A DNA stretch of 55,501 bases from a virus (taxonomy: Duplodnaviria; Caudoviricetes). The position numbers and the translations under genes were made by a program. The stretch spans positions 1-55,501 of the IMG/VR virus record IMGVR_UViG_3300013110_000375. The stretch is one strand, 5' to 3'. Positions within the stretch are counted from its first letter, which is position 1; each line of letters starts with the position of its first letter. Under the pieces are notes generated by a model. It had not been told where the DNA came from and made no database searches. It saw only the letters and a list, made by a program, of their open reading frames with translations. Of this stretch, positions 45,183-54,900 are shown one piece after another.

Positions 45183-47009
45183 TTAGCTAGCTCCACCTTC
45201 ACCAAGAAGTCCTCGGACGATAACAAGGCCGTACATATCAGCACGAACCATCTTCTTACCGTAACGGGTCATGACACCCTTACGAGGCACGAAGTCCTCA
45301 GTTCCGAAGATCGTTGGAGTGACTTGGAGAGGCACATAAGGTGCATACACATAGCCACTTTCAAGGAAAGAGTTTCCTTTACGACCAACAAGAATAACAT
45401 TTCGATGGAAATAAGGATCAACGATAACATCAAACTTGCGGCTCAAAGAACCAACTTTTTCTGCTCCAATAACGCCTTTATCGGCATCAGCGGTAACATT
45501 AGCGCGGAACCCAGAGGTGAACTCAAGAATGTTAGCAACTTCAGGAGAGCAAACAACAAAGTTTGCGCCACCACGAAGCGTCTTACGATGAATTTGAGCG
45601 GAAATATCATTGATAGTTTCGATCAAGGTTTCATACCATTCACTAACCGTTCCAGTGAAGTCAGGGGCAGCAGCAGTTGCGCCCAATTCCAAACCAGTTT
45701 GGCGGTTCACAAAAAGTCCCGGTGAACGAGACCAATAGTATTTTCCAGCAGTTGCACCGTTAACGAGATCAGCAAGAATCTCACGATCAATTTCAAGAGC
45801 GATTTGCTCAGAAAGGATCGAGGTCAACTCAACTTCAGCATCCAAGTTATGATAAGCATTCAAGTCTTGACCCAATTCTGGAGTCCACTTGGCTTTCAAT
45901 TTCTTGGTTTGTGCCGTGATAGCAATACTATCGACCTTGATGTCGATTTCTGGGATTGCTGCTTCGCCTTCAAGGCCCCACTCAGGTGACCCAACGACAG
46001 CACCAAGAGCACCACCAGCAATCAGATCATCCCTGATTGGAAATTCCAATAATCCAGCACCCAAGTCAGCGGTTCCCGCTGCTGCTGAAGTCCGTGCAGC
46101 CTGAACGCCATTCGCGGCAGGTTGCATCAAAACAAAACGAATTGCTGCTTCTGACAAAGCAGTATCAGCAGCGGCAACTCTTGTAGTCAAACGACGAACT
46201 TGAGTTGTGGCGGCATCAGCTTCATTATTCCATGCAGTATTACCGTCACCAATGGTAAAGGCAGAAAGGTTGTTGGTATCAGCCGGACTTCCACCGTGAG
46301 AAGCAGTAAAACAAGAAATGCCGACATCGACAACGAGAACACCTGTGCCATCAGTAATAGCCAACAAGTCAGGGTCATACTGAATGTGTTTTGCGGCATC
46401 TTCGCTAACTGCACCATTAAGGTCGAAGGCCCTTTGGCACTTAATATTGTTCACATGAATAACGAGGTTTGAGCCAGTTGGGGATGCATAAGCATAACCG
46501 GAAGCACCAGCGCGAATAGGGCCTCCACCGGATTCAATACCGCGAGCATCAACAAGACTCACCCCATCAATGATGTCTTTACCGACATCACTAGTACCGT
46601 AAATTGACTCGGTGCCGCCCATGGTGTTGCCAAAGCGGTCTGCTGTCGTTGCGGAACCTCCAAGTTCATCGCCAAATACGAAGTCAAGGAAGAAAATGAG
46701 ACCTGATGGAAGGCTCATTGGTTGAACGCTAACAAGATCGTTAGCAATAAGTCCAGCGAATACTCGACGGACAATTGGGAAAGCAACAGCAGCAAAACCT
46801 TCGACATCGCCGCCAAGTCCCATAGAAGAAGCCTCACGAAGAAGCTCCTTGGCTTGATTTTCCAAGAGACGAGCCATAGTAGACTGTTCTCGTTGTGTTT
46901 GAAGACCTTCAAGTAAGCCGGTTGCTGACCATTTATTAAGAAGAGCTTCGCCTTCTTTAGCCATGTCGCGGTTTACAATGCCTTCACTAAGTGTTTCTAT
47001 AATAGACAT
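45183..47009 (-). CDS. Major capsid protein, T4 gp23 family, 608 aa
   Basis: LLENQ, PIVRR, VQPMSLPSGLIF, LKAKWTPELGQDL.AYH.LDAE.EL, YAPYVPL, PRKGVMTRYG. Confidence 0.97.
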   Translation of the reverse strand: MSIIETLSEGIVNRDMAKEGEALLNKWSATGLLEGLQTQREQSTMARLLENQAKELLREASSMGLGGDVEGFAAVAFPIVRRVFAGLIANDLVSVQPMSLPSGLIFFLDFVFGDELGGSATTADRFGNTMGGTESIYGTSDVGKDIIDGVSLVDARGIESGGGPIRAGASGYAYASPTGSNLVIHVNNIKCQRAFDLNGAVSEDAAKHIQYDPDLLAITDGTGVLVVDVGISCFTASHGGSPADTNNLSAFTIGDGNTAWNNEADAATTQVRRLTTRVAAADTALSEAAIRFVLMQPAANGVQAARTSAAAGTADLGAGLLEFPIRDDLIAGGALGAVVGSPEWGLEGEAAIPEIDIKVDSIAITAQTKKLKAKWTPELGQDLNAYHNLDAEVELTSILSEQIALEIDREILADLVNGATAGKYYWSRSPGLFVNRQTGLELGATAAAPDFTGTVSEWYETLIETINDISAQIHRKTLRGGANFVVCSPEVANILEFTSGFRANVTADADKGVIGAEKVGSLSRKFDVIVDPYFHRNVILVGRKGNSFLESGYVYAPYVPLQVTPTIFGTEDFVPRKGVMTRYGKKMVRADMYGLVIVRGLLGEGGAS

Positions 47010-47033
47010 TTTTAATACCTCCTAAAGTATGTC

Positions 47034-48104
47034 TTATGAAATTCCTGCTAGTTTTTTCATTTTATCAGAAAATGAAAAACTTTCATTCATTTCTTTTTTG
47101 TTTCTCGGCAAAATATTTGATAAGTTAGATTTTCTTTGAACCGACTCACTAAGTGATTTTGGACCATTTTCTTTTGTTGATCCCACTGTAGCTTTTAGAG
47201 TTTCGCAAAGAGTTTTTGCCTCATTCAGTGTTTTTGCCTGTGCGATAGCTTCGACAATTTTATCTTTTTGTCGCTCATTCAAGGAGGTATCGCTTAAAAT
47301 CTTATTAGAATAAACCAATTTTGCATTTGACAAAAGTGATTCATCCAATTTGACTTTTAATTCTTTAACAGCAGAATACAATTTTTTATTGTCTGCATTA
47401 TATTTGTTAATTCTTTCTTTTAATTCTTTGACCTTTTTATTAAGTTCTTCGTTTTCTTCTTTTGCTTCGGTCGATTCTTGCTTGGCTAATTCCATTTCTT
47501 GTTGGTATTGTCTTGCGCCTGCGTCTGTCGCAAACCAACCAGATTTCGTCTCACCAGCATCAACAATCAACTCTTCTTCAAGAACCTCTTCTTGGTCAAT
47601 TTCGTTCATTAAATTAATAATTTCTTGAAGTGCAAGTTCGTCTTCTCCGCCCTCTGCTCCGAGGTCGCCAAGAGGAGACTCTTCTCCACCTTCTTCTCCA
47701 CCCAAACCAAGATCTGCCATAAGATCGTCTGTTCCCATCATTTCTTCTTCTCCGGGAGGCGGCTCTTCTTGGGCTTGTTGTTGGAGTGCTCCGAGATCAA
47801 TGTTAAAATCTTCAGGGTCAAACTCAAATTCAATAGACATCTCGACTGGTTGATTTGGGCTTTGATCGGCCACAGCAAAAGGTGCCTCAACAGGTGTTGA
47901 AGGTGGTGCCGATGTGGCCATTGAGCCTCCTAGCATTTCGTCCTGTTCTTGGACAATGGTCTTTGTTGAGGACTCCAGCAGTGTATCAACTGCTGCTTTA
48001 ATTTCTGGTGCATATTTCTCAACGATTGCCTGCTCGGCATTCTTTAGGGCGGCTTCACGGAGGGCAGCGGCATCAACTATGGCTTTTTCTAACATTGAAG
48101 ACAT
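47034..48104 (-). CDS. Prohead core / scaffolding protein (gp22-like)
   Basis: Acidic with coiled-coil; NAKLVYSNK; C-terminal MKKLAGI; immediately upstream of MCP. Confidence 0.8.
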   Translation of the reverse strand: MSSMLEKAIVDAAALREAALKNAEQAIVEKYAPEIKAAVDTLLESSTKTIVQEQDEMLGGSMATSAPPSTPVEAPFAVADQSPNQPVEMSIEFEFDPEDFNIDLGALQQQAQEEPPPGEEEMMGTDDLMADLGLGGEEGGEESPLGDLGAEGGEDELALQEIINLMNEIDQEEVLEEELIVDAGETKSGWFATDAGARQYQQEMELAKQESTEAKEENEELNKKVKELKERINKYNADNKKLYSAVKELKVKLDESLLSNAKLVYSNKILSDTSLNERQKDKIVEAIAQAKTLNEAKTLCETLKATVGSTKENGPKSLSESVQRKSNLSNILPRNKKEMNESFSFSDKMKKLAGIS

Positions 48105-48175
48105 TAATAACAACTCCTAATAATACTATTATCATCAATAAATAGTGTTTTATTGAGGAAAAACACTTTTAATGT

Positions 48176-51100
48176 TTAGTCAAGTAATATGGAGCCAGAT
48201 TTCATTGTTCCATTAGAATATCTCACACTAACCATCAACTTATTTGATCCCTCATCAAGATAAAATGAATAAGAACCAGAATGCAAATTTGCGTTATTAA
48301 GAGCAGCGGTTGGAGCACCAACAACGGCTGCACCAGAAACATATAAAGAAGCGTTAAAAGCAGCGGGAACCATATCCACTCCGACCATCCCAGCTTCATT
48401 AACAGAGAAAAGGTTTGCTTTGGTCGGAGTCGTAATTTCTAAAAGACTTGTGTTTCCAGTAATAGACTTTGATGCAGATAATTGAAGTTGAGGACTACTT
48501 CCGAAAGACATCTGAACATCAGAGCCAGAAACTCTCATAGATCCACTGACCGCCAATGACCTATTAGCTGTTCCTGTTGTTCCAATGGCAACTTGGCCGT
48601 CAAGGACAATATTTCCTCCTGCTGGATCTAAAGTGATGTCTCCATCAACATTAAATGTAAGATTAGCAGCAGTAGCATCATCATCAACTGTTGTGATTGT
48701 GGTTGCCCCATGGGCAGTGGTTTGAATCTGAAAATAATCGCCACTATCGGCTGAACTCTCAATTCTAAGATCAACGCCGCCGTCCTCAACATCAAGCTGG
48801 AGTCCGTAGTTGATATCGCCGCCGCCTGCTTCGATCCTTGCACCTTGGACGAAGCTGGAGCCGTTTGTGTTGCCTTGTGCATTTATCAACGCACCGTATA
48901 CAAAGCTGCCACCAGCATCAGCGGCGTGCGTAAGTGTCGGCGTGACGTACAAACCATACATATAGTTGTTGCCATTGGTGGCAGTTGTGTTGTCCATGTC
49001 AATATTGAGACCATACATAGTGTTATCTGATGTGGAATTCCCGGTCTTATCAAAATCTATTTGTAGACCGGTTATTGTTGTTGCGTCAGTATCGGAGTGA
49101 TTCTTATCTATTGTCGAATCTCCTGTTACCGTAAGTGTTGAGCCATCAAATGTTAGGTTCGCTTCGCCATTCATTCCATCTGTGCCTGTTGCTGTTACAA
49201 CCCTGTTGTCTGAACCGTTTGTCATAAAATCCGAAACATCAACAGAAAGACTAGCAATAGAATCAACACCTCCAGAGTAGTCAAGTCCGTTCCCGGCAAG
49301 AGAACCAGAAATAGCAACCTTATCAGAGGTGATTCTGAGAGAGCCTGAAGTTTGTACAGCCATAACACCAGAAGATGCTGTTAATCCATCGCCAGCAAGG
49401 CCAGAAGCAACATCATCATTCATCATGGAATCGGTAATACCGCTTGCTTTTACACGAAGACTATCTGAGTTGACTTCAATAGAAGAGTCATCAACATTAA
49501 CTTTCAATGAAGAAATAGAATCTACTCCACCTAAGTACCCAAGTCCATCACCGGCAAGTGATCCAGTTAGTGCAACTTTGTCACTTTGTATTTTAACTGC
49601 TCCCGATACTTGAACAGCAAGTGCGGCTCCTCCTCCACCAGTAAGTCCATCGCCAGCGACACTAGTTGCAATCTGGTCTGCTTCTACAGAGTTATTAGCA
49701 AGTGTCAAAGCACCGCCAGAAGCCACTGTGGCATCACCTGAGACTTTACTAAAAGTTGCTCCGTATAGATTGGCCCAAGTAATCTTTTTCTCGGTTCCAT
49801 TATCTGAAAACATAAAGTGGTCTTGAGAGTCATGAAGCCCTGTTCCGCCGAGGGCAGATAGGGCATCAATATCAACGGTGTCTGCCGAAGAGGTCAAAAC
49901 GATGTGTCCAGTATTGCTAAGTCCAAGATAACTTCCATTGCCAGCAATTGTTCCAGAAGCGATATTCGGAGCATGAATCTGAGCGGAAGCAGAAACAGTA
50001 TTAATAATAAGTTCTGCGGAAGCAGATACGCTTCCAACTACAGATAGTTTCTGTGCCGGGGAGGCAGTTCCAATGCCAACTCTATCATTTGAAGCACTTA
50101 TAAATAAAGTATTTGAGTCAAAGTTCAATCCATTTGGAAGAGTCACAGCTAAAGAGTTGATCGTGAGGGTGTCAAGGGATGAATTGCCAATAATTGTATT
50201 GCCATTGATCGCAACATTACTATCGAGTGTTATATCACCGCCGGAAGGAGTAATCGTCAGGTCACCGCCGGAGTCTGATCCAAGCGTTACAGAGTTTGAA
50301 GCATCATAAGATAATTTAAGCTGGGTTGTTGATCCGGACAAAATCTCAAGAGCGTGATCGGGATCTGCAACACCGATACCAACGCGACCTGTGGAACTGG
50401 TTATGAAAAGGGCCATTCCACTTGTAACGACTTTAAAATCAGAACCATCAACTTGAACTTTCTTAGTAGCCAGATTTCCATAAGTAGTAAGCATTTGGGT
50501 TCCACCGGCCATGACTCTCCAATTATCTGCGGCAGCGAATCCGAATTTGGTATCAGTATCTCCATCGTGAACCACATCGCCAGCTAATAACATAGAAGAG
50601 CCAGTAATATCTGCTGTTGCATACAAATTAGCAACTTGCGCGAGGCCCCAACGCAAACTTAAATCCCCAGATCCAGAAATGTGTGAACCAATATGCAACG
50701 TAGTAGAGCCAGAAATGGCACCAGTTACTGCAAGAGTAGAGCCATCAAAAGTTAAATTGGCCTCGACATCAATTGTGTCCTCGCCTCCAGAAGTTAGAAC
50801 TCTGTTTACATTGGTTCCGTTATAACTTGTAACAGCAGCATCTCCAAGAACCAATGAAGATAAAGTAGATATTTGAACTTTTTTGGGAAGAGCCACATCA
50901 GCATCATAAATTCCAAAATAGTCACCCGCAGCCAAAGATGCGGCGGTGGCTAAATCATTTGGAGACCACTTTAGACCGCCTACAACAGATTCTAAACCAG
51001 AGGCGGAGCTTAGGTTAACAATGAGTCCTCCACTGCCTGATATAAGACTTGTGCCCTTTAATATTTTTTCTGGGTGGATGAGTCCGGTGATAGCAGAGCT

Positions 51101-51562
51101 TGTAACATTTGTTAAATTCATAGCGTTGCCGTAATAGTATGATGCTGATACCGCATGCGAAGCCGTTATGGCACCAACAACTTGAAGCGCATGGCTAGTT
51201 GGATCAACACCGATTCCGACATATCCAGTTCCCTCATCAACATAAAAATCGAGACCAGAAGTGTCAATTTTAAAATCAGAACCAGCAACTTGAACTCTTT
51301 TTGGACTAAGATTACCATAACATGTTAATATTTGAGTCCCGGCGATGAGAGCAATGTTATCACTGCCAAATCTTATTTTAGTATCGGCATCTCCCGTATG
51401 AATAATGTCATCAGCAACCGCTATATTACTAGCTGTCAAGACACCGCTAAAAGTTTTTTGTCCTTGAATGGTTTGAGTTGTGTGTGTATCAACAAGGTCT
51501 TCAACTGTTCCTTGTCTGGTTCCTACGAAATTAACATTTCCGCTTAATAAATTATATGACAT
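48176..51562 (-). CDS. Repetitive Gly/Ser/Thr-rich fibre-like virion protein, 1128 aa
   Basis: Repeated VGIG...P...L, H.GD.DTK, AGDGL and EANLTFDGSTL.VTG modules. Confidence 0.75.
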   Translation of the reverse strand: MSYNLLSGNVNFVGTRQGTVEDLVDTHTTQTIQGQKTFSGVLTASNIAVADDIIHTGDADTKIRFGSDNIALIAGTQILTCYGNLSPKRVQVAGSDFKIDTSGLDFYVDEGTGYVGIGVDPTSHALQVVGAITASHAVSASYYYGNAMNLTNVTSSAITGLIHPEKILKGTSLISGSGGLIVNLSSASGLESVVGGLKWSPNDLATAASLAAGDYFGIYDADVALPKKVQISTLSSLVLGDAAVTSYNGTNVNRVLTSGGEDTIDVEANLTFDGSTLAVTGAISGSTTLHIGSHISGSGDLSLRWGLAQVANLYATADITGSSMLLAGDVVHDGDTDTKFGFAAADNWRVMAGGTQMLTTYGNLATKKVQVDGSDFKVVTSGMALFITSSTGRVGIGVADPDHALEILSGSTTQLKLSYDASNSVTLGSDSGGDLTITPSGGDITLDSNVAINGNTIIGNSSLDTLTINSLAVTLPNGLNFDSNTLFISASNDRVGIGTASPAQKLSVVGSVSASAELIINTVSASAQIHAPNIASGTIAGNGSYLGLSNTGHIVLTSSADTVDIDALSALGGTGLHDSQDHFMFSDNGTEKKITWANLYGATFSKVSGDATVASGGALTLANNSVEADQIATSVAGDGLTGGGGAALAVQVSGAVKIQSDKVALTGSLAGDGLGYLGGVDSISSLKVNVDDSSIEVNSDSLRVKASGITDSMMNDDVASGLAGDGLTASSGVMAVQTSGSLRITSDKVAISGSLAGNGLDYSGGVDSIASLSVDVSDFMTNGSDNRVVTATGTDGMNGEANLTFDGSTLTVTGDSTIDKNHSDTDATTITGLQIDFDKTGNSTSDNTMYGLNIDMDNTTATNGNNYMYGLYVTPTLTHAADAGGSFVYGALINAQGNTNGSSFVQGARIEAGGGDINYGLQLDVEDGGVDLRIESSADSGDYFQIQTTAHGATTITTVDDDATAANLTFNVDGDITLDPAGGNIVLDGQVAIGTTGTANRSLAVSGSMRVSGSDVQMSFGSSPQLQLSASKSITGNTSLLEITTPTKANLFSVNEAGMVGVDMVPAAFNASLYVSGAAVVGAPTAALNNANLHSGSYSFYLDEGSNKLMVSVRYSNGTMKSGSILLD

Positions 51563-51592
51563 TAAAAGTCTCCATTTTCTTAATAAATAGTT

Positions 51593-52402
51593 TTATTTCT
51601 CAGAGATTACTATTCCTGTATCACTTGCTGTAATTAAGACAACACTGGTTTTATTTTGTGCTAAATCTATCATCGCGCCGCCTGCGATTGTGAGTTTGAC
51701 TGCATTTGTATTATCTTCTTTTATTATTATAAGACCTCCGACAACAGGGTTAGTAATATTTAAAGTGTTTGCGGGATCTGGGGGGTTTCCCATATGACCT
51801 GTAACATCAGTATAGGCATTCCCATCTGAAATATAGTCTTTTTCTTGATTTCCGCTCCCTACATTAACATTTGAAGCATAAATTTTAAAAGGATTTGAAC
51901 CTCCAGTAAAATATCCAAACCCATCGACATGAAGTTTTTGACTTGGTGAGTCTGTTCCGATTCCGACACTAGCAGCACTCGCGTCACATCGTAATACTGG
52001 GTCATTACTATTATTATTACTATTGACAATAAAGTCAATATTATTGTTTCCATTATTGATTGTGACTTGGTGAGGAGAGGAACTTTTCTTATGCATTCCA
52101 ATAAAACCCATTCCACCAGCCTTAAGTCTTATCCTATCATCAGTAAAATTGATATTTGTATCGGCATCTCCATTGTGATAAATGTATTGGTCCACGCCGA
52201 TGTCTCCTGCTACATCAAGATCATAGTCGGGAGTGGTGGTTCCAATACCAACTCTAGATCCAGAAACAATCAGAACATCATTATCGTTCGTCCTCAAAGA
52301 AATATAATCTTCCTCAAAGTCAATACCAGTATTTCTATTTGAATCATCAGAACCAGAAATGTCTCCAATTATCTGATTTCCTCTTGTATATTTATAAGAC
52401 AT
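51593..52402 (-). CDS. Fibre-like virion protein, 269 aa
   Basis: RVGIGTTTP.Y.LDV, HNGDADT and VGIGTDSPSQKLHV modules. Confidence 0.7.
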   Translation of the reverse strand: MSYKYTRGNQIIGDISGSDDSNRNTGIDFEEDYISLRTNDNDVLIVSGSRVGIGTTTPDYDLDVAGDIGVDQYIYHNGDADTNINFTDDRIRLKAGGMGFIGMHKKSSSPHQVTINNGNNNIDFIVNSNNNSNDPVLRCDASAASVGIGTDSPSQKLHVDGFGYFTGGSNPFKIYASNVNVGSGNQEKDYISDGNAYTDVTGHMGNPPDPANTLNITNPVVGGLIIIKEDNTNAVKLTIAGGAMIDLAQNKTSVVLITASDTGIVISEK

Positions 52403-52432
52403 ATTTTACCTCACTTTAAATAGATTTTAAAT

Positions 52433-52464
52433 AAAAAAAGGGCGATTGCCCGAAGACAACCGCC
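52433..52464 (-). terminator. Intrinsic terminator with UUCG tetraloop
   Basis: GGCGGTTGTC-TTCG-GGCAATCGCC followed by CTTTTTTT. Confidence 0.88.
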
Positions 52465-52493
52465 ACAAAATAAAGATAAATGTTAATCTTAGA

Positions 52494-54758
52494 TTATAAG
52501 ATTCTCCATGAACCAGTAACAACATAAACGCACTTAATAGCGGCAAATGGTGATTCAAGAACAACAGAAGTTCCACCGTCACAAGTTTGACCAGCTTGAA
52601 CATTAAGAGTCATTGAGTTGGTTGCAGAGCCAACAGAGTGATTCTTGACTTCAAACCAATCTCCAACAGAAGGATTCTGTGGGAAAGAAGCGGAAGCAGC
52701 AGCGTTAATATTATCAAAATAGGTAAGCTTTCCTTTGGTAAGGGTAGCACCATTAGAACCAGAAGCAATTGTAACTGAAGATGAGAAACCACCATTAACG
52801 GTCAAGTCACCGGTAACAGTGAGGTTATCAGCGACAGTAACTTCAGAAGTACTGTGACCGATAGTAACAGCGATTCCAGAAGTTTCAGTTGCGAGCTTAA
52901 GAGCACCGACAGCATTTGCAATATAAGAATTCGTACCGTCATGATAAATTTTCATATCAAGACCAGTACCAAATTCAGCAGAAGCATTATCAGCAAATTC
53001 AAGCGCATCTGCTGATTTATCCCATACCATATTGGCAGCAGCACCGACGATAGTAATGTCACCAGAAGCATCAGCAGTAAGAACTTTAGAAGCTTCAGAA
53101 GAACCCAAAGTGGTAATATCACTGTAATTCAACTCAGTAGCAGATGCATCAACACCAGCCAACTTGGTCAAGTCAGCGATGACAAGGCCATTACCAGCGC
53201 AGCCAGCAATAACATTTAAGTCAGCAACAACAAGTCCAGAGATACCGTCAAGAACATTAAGTTCAGCCGGGGTTGAAGAAATGGCTGTTGTAGAAGCAGC
53301 AGCAAATGGGATCAAATAACCATCTTGGTTTGCAAGCTGAATCGTTCTGTCGGCAGTTGGATCAACCGCTTTCAAGGTTGTTTCATTATTGTCAGCAGAA
53401 GCACCTTCAAAAATAACACCATTAGAAGTTTGAATAACTTCAATGTCAACAGTGGTTGTAGTACCATTAACAGTCAAGTCACCAGAAACAGTAAGGTTAT
53501 CAGCAATAGTAACTTCAGAACTACTGTGACCGATGGTTACAGCAATACCGGAGTTTTCGGTTGCAATTTTCAAAGCTCCCGTGCTATTAGCAATATAAGA
53601 GTTGGTTCCATCATGATAGAGTTGCATATCGTTGCCAGCCCCAAGACGAAATTTCTTGGAATCTTGCATTGCAAAGTGACCACTAGCATCAGCAACAAAA
53701 CACTTAGAAGCAGAACCAGTACCAGCAGTAATGCCGTCAAGTTGCTCAAGATCAGCTTCGCTCATATCAGCAGAGCCGATAATGAAAGAACCTGCTGCGG
53801 TTACAGTACCATTGAAGGTAGCGTTACCTGCTGCGGACATATCAAGGGTCAAAGCGGTAATCGTAGAACCACCGTCATTTCCTTTGAAAAGCATATCCTG
53901 ATCAGAGATTGCAGAATGAACAACAAAATCACTACTTGCGTTGGTGAAGCGTCCAAACTCAGTACCGCCATCCTTAAGGATGATATCGGCACCGTCAGCG
54001 TCAAGAACGATGTCCGTAGATGAATCAAGTGTTAAATCTCCAGTTGAATTAACAGAAATTGGAGTAGCAGCAATTGTTAAACCAGTTGTACCATCGTGAG
54101 TAAAGGTAGCATCACTGCCAACGCCAAGGCTAAGAACCGCTGAATCAGTTAATAACTTAACGTCATTTCCAAAAATCGCATCTTTTGCAACACTCAAACC
54201 ACCATCGGTCTGCAAAGATCCGTCAGTTGTTGAAGTTGCTTCAGTGGCATCATCAACGATGACACGACCACCAACATAGGCATTCTTAGCAACACTCAAA
54301 CCACCATCGGTCTGTAAAGATCCATCAGTTGTTGAAGTTGCTTCAGTGGTATCATCTGTTTTAAGAATGCCACTATAAGTACCAGTGGTTCCGACAACAG
54401 CAGCAAAACTACCGGGAGCAACAGAAGCAGCACCGATAGTAACACCGTCCATACTACCACCATTAATATCAACAGTGGTAAGAATACCCATGTCAGCCAC
54501 AGTGCGGCCAGCATTGGTCCAGTTATTGGCCATACTAGCAATACCCAAAGCATTGATAGTATCAATGTTCCGAGAAGCATCTAAGACCAAACATTTATTA
54601 GCAGCACCAGTACCATTGGTGATGCCGTCAAGTTTTTCAAGCTCGGCTTCGGTGAGTTCAGCATTGCCAATTGTTAAACTGGTGTCGCACTCAATCGCGC
54701 CTTCTTGTACAAGGGAGCCACTCATAGTGGAGGCCCCTAATTGAAATTTATAAGCCAT
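52494..54758 (-). CDS. Repetitive fibre/decoration-like virion protein, 754 aa
   Basis: Repeats ELxxLDG, TEATSTTDGSLQTDGGLSVAK x2 and YHDGTNSYIAN...DNLTV.GDLTVNG x2; AGGAGG SD. Confidence 0.75.
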   Translation of the reverse strand: MAYKFQLGASTMSGSLVQEGAIECDTSLTIGNAELTEAELEKLDGITNGTGAANKCLVLDASRNIDTINALGIASMANNWTNAGRTVADMGILTTVDINGGSMDGVTIGAASVAPGSFAAVVGTTGTYSGILKTDDTTEATSTTDGSLQTDGGLSVAKNAYVGGRVIVDDATEATSTTDGSLQTDGGLSVAKDAIFGNDVKLLTDSAVLSLGVGSDATFTHDGTTGLTIAATPISVNSTGDLTLDSSTDIVLDADGADIILKDGGTEFGRFTNASSDFVVHSAISDQDMLFKGNDGGSTITALTLDMSAAGNATFNGTVTAAGSFIIGSADMSEADLEQLDGITAGTGSASKCFVADASGHFAMQDSKKFRLGAGNDMQLYHDGTNSYIANSTGALKIATENSGIAVTIGHSSSEVTIADNLTVSGDLTVNGTTTTVDIEVIQTSNGVIFEGASADNNETTLKAVDPTADRTIQLANQDGYLIPFAAASTTAISSTPAELNVLDGISGLVVADLNVIAGCAGNGLVIADLTKLAGVDASATELNYSDITTLGSSEASKVLTADASGDITIVGAAANMVWDKSADALEFADNASAEFGTGLDMKIYHDGTNSYIANAVGALKLATETSGIAVTIGHSTSEVTVADNLTVTGDLTVNGGFSSSVTIASGSNGATLTKGKLTYFDNINAAASASFPQNPSVGDWFEVKNHSVGSATNSMTLNVQAGQTCDGGTSVVLESPFAAIKCVYVVTGSWRIL
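54187..54349. repeat. Intragenic near-identical 61-bp direct repeat, period 102 bp
   Basis: 54187-54247 and 54289-54349 differ at two positions. Confidence 0.85.
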
Positions 54759-54900
54759 ATATTATTTTCCTCCTTAAAATATAACTATACGAATTGGCAC
54801 GCGCACGCACCAATCCTATCGCCATAACTAGAGAGCAGTAATCCATTTAGGCAAAAAAAAATAACTTTTTTTTCTTTTTGTTTATAACATACTAATAATA

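Noticed and set aside
54187-54349. Diversity-generating retroelement TR/VR pair
   Set aside because: Both copies are in frame within one gene and differ only at synonymous positions, and there is no reverse transcriptase in the window.
1785-54744. All plus-strand ORFs in the track (for example 33701..34396 and 53325..54023)
   Set aside because: They lie antisense to well-supported minus-strand genes, lack recognisable motifs and reflect codon bias of the real genes.
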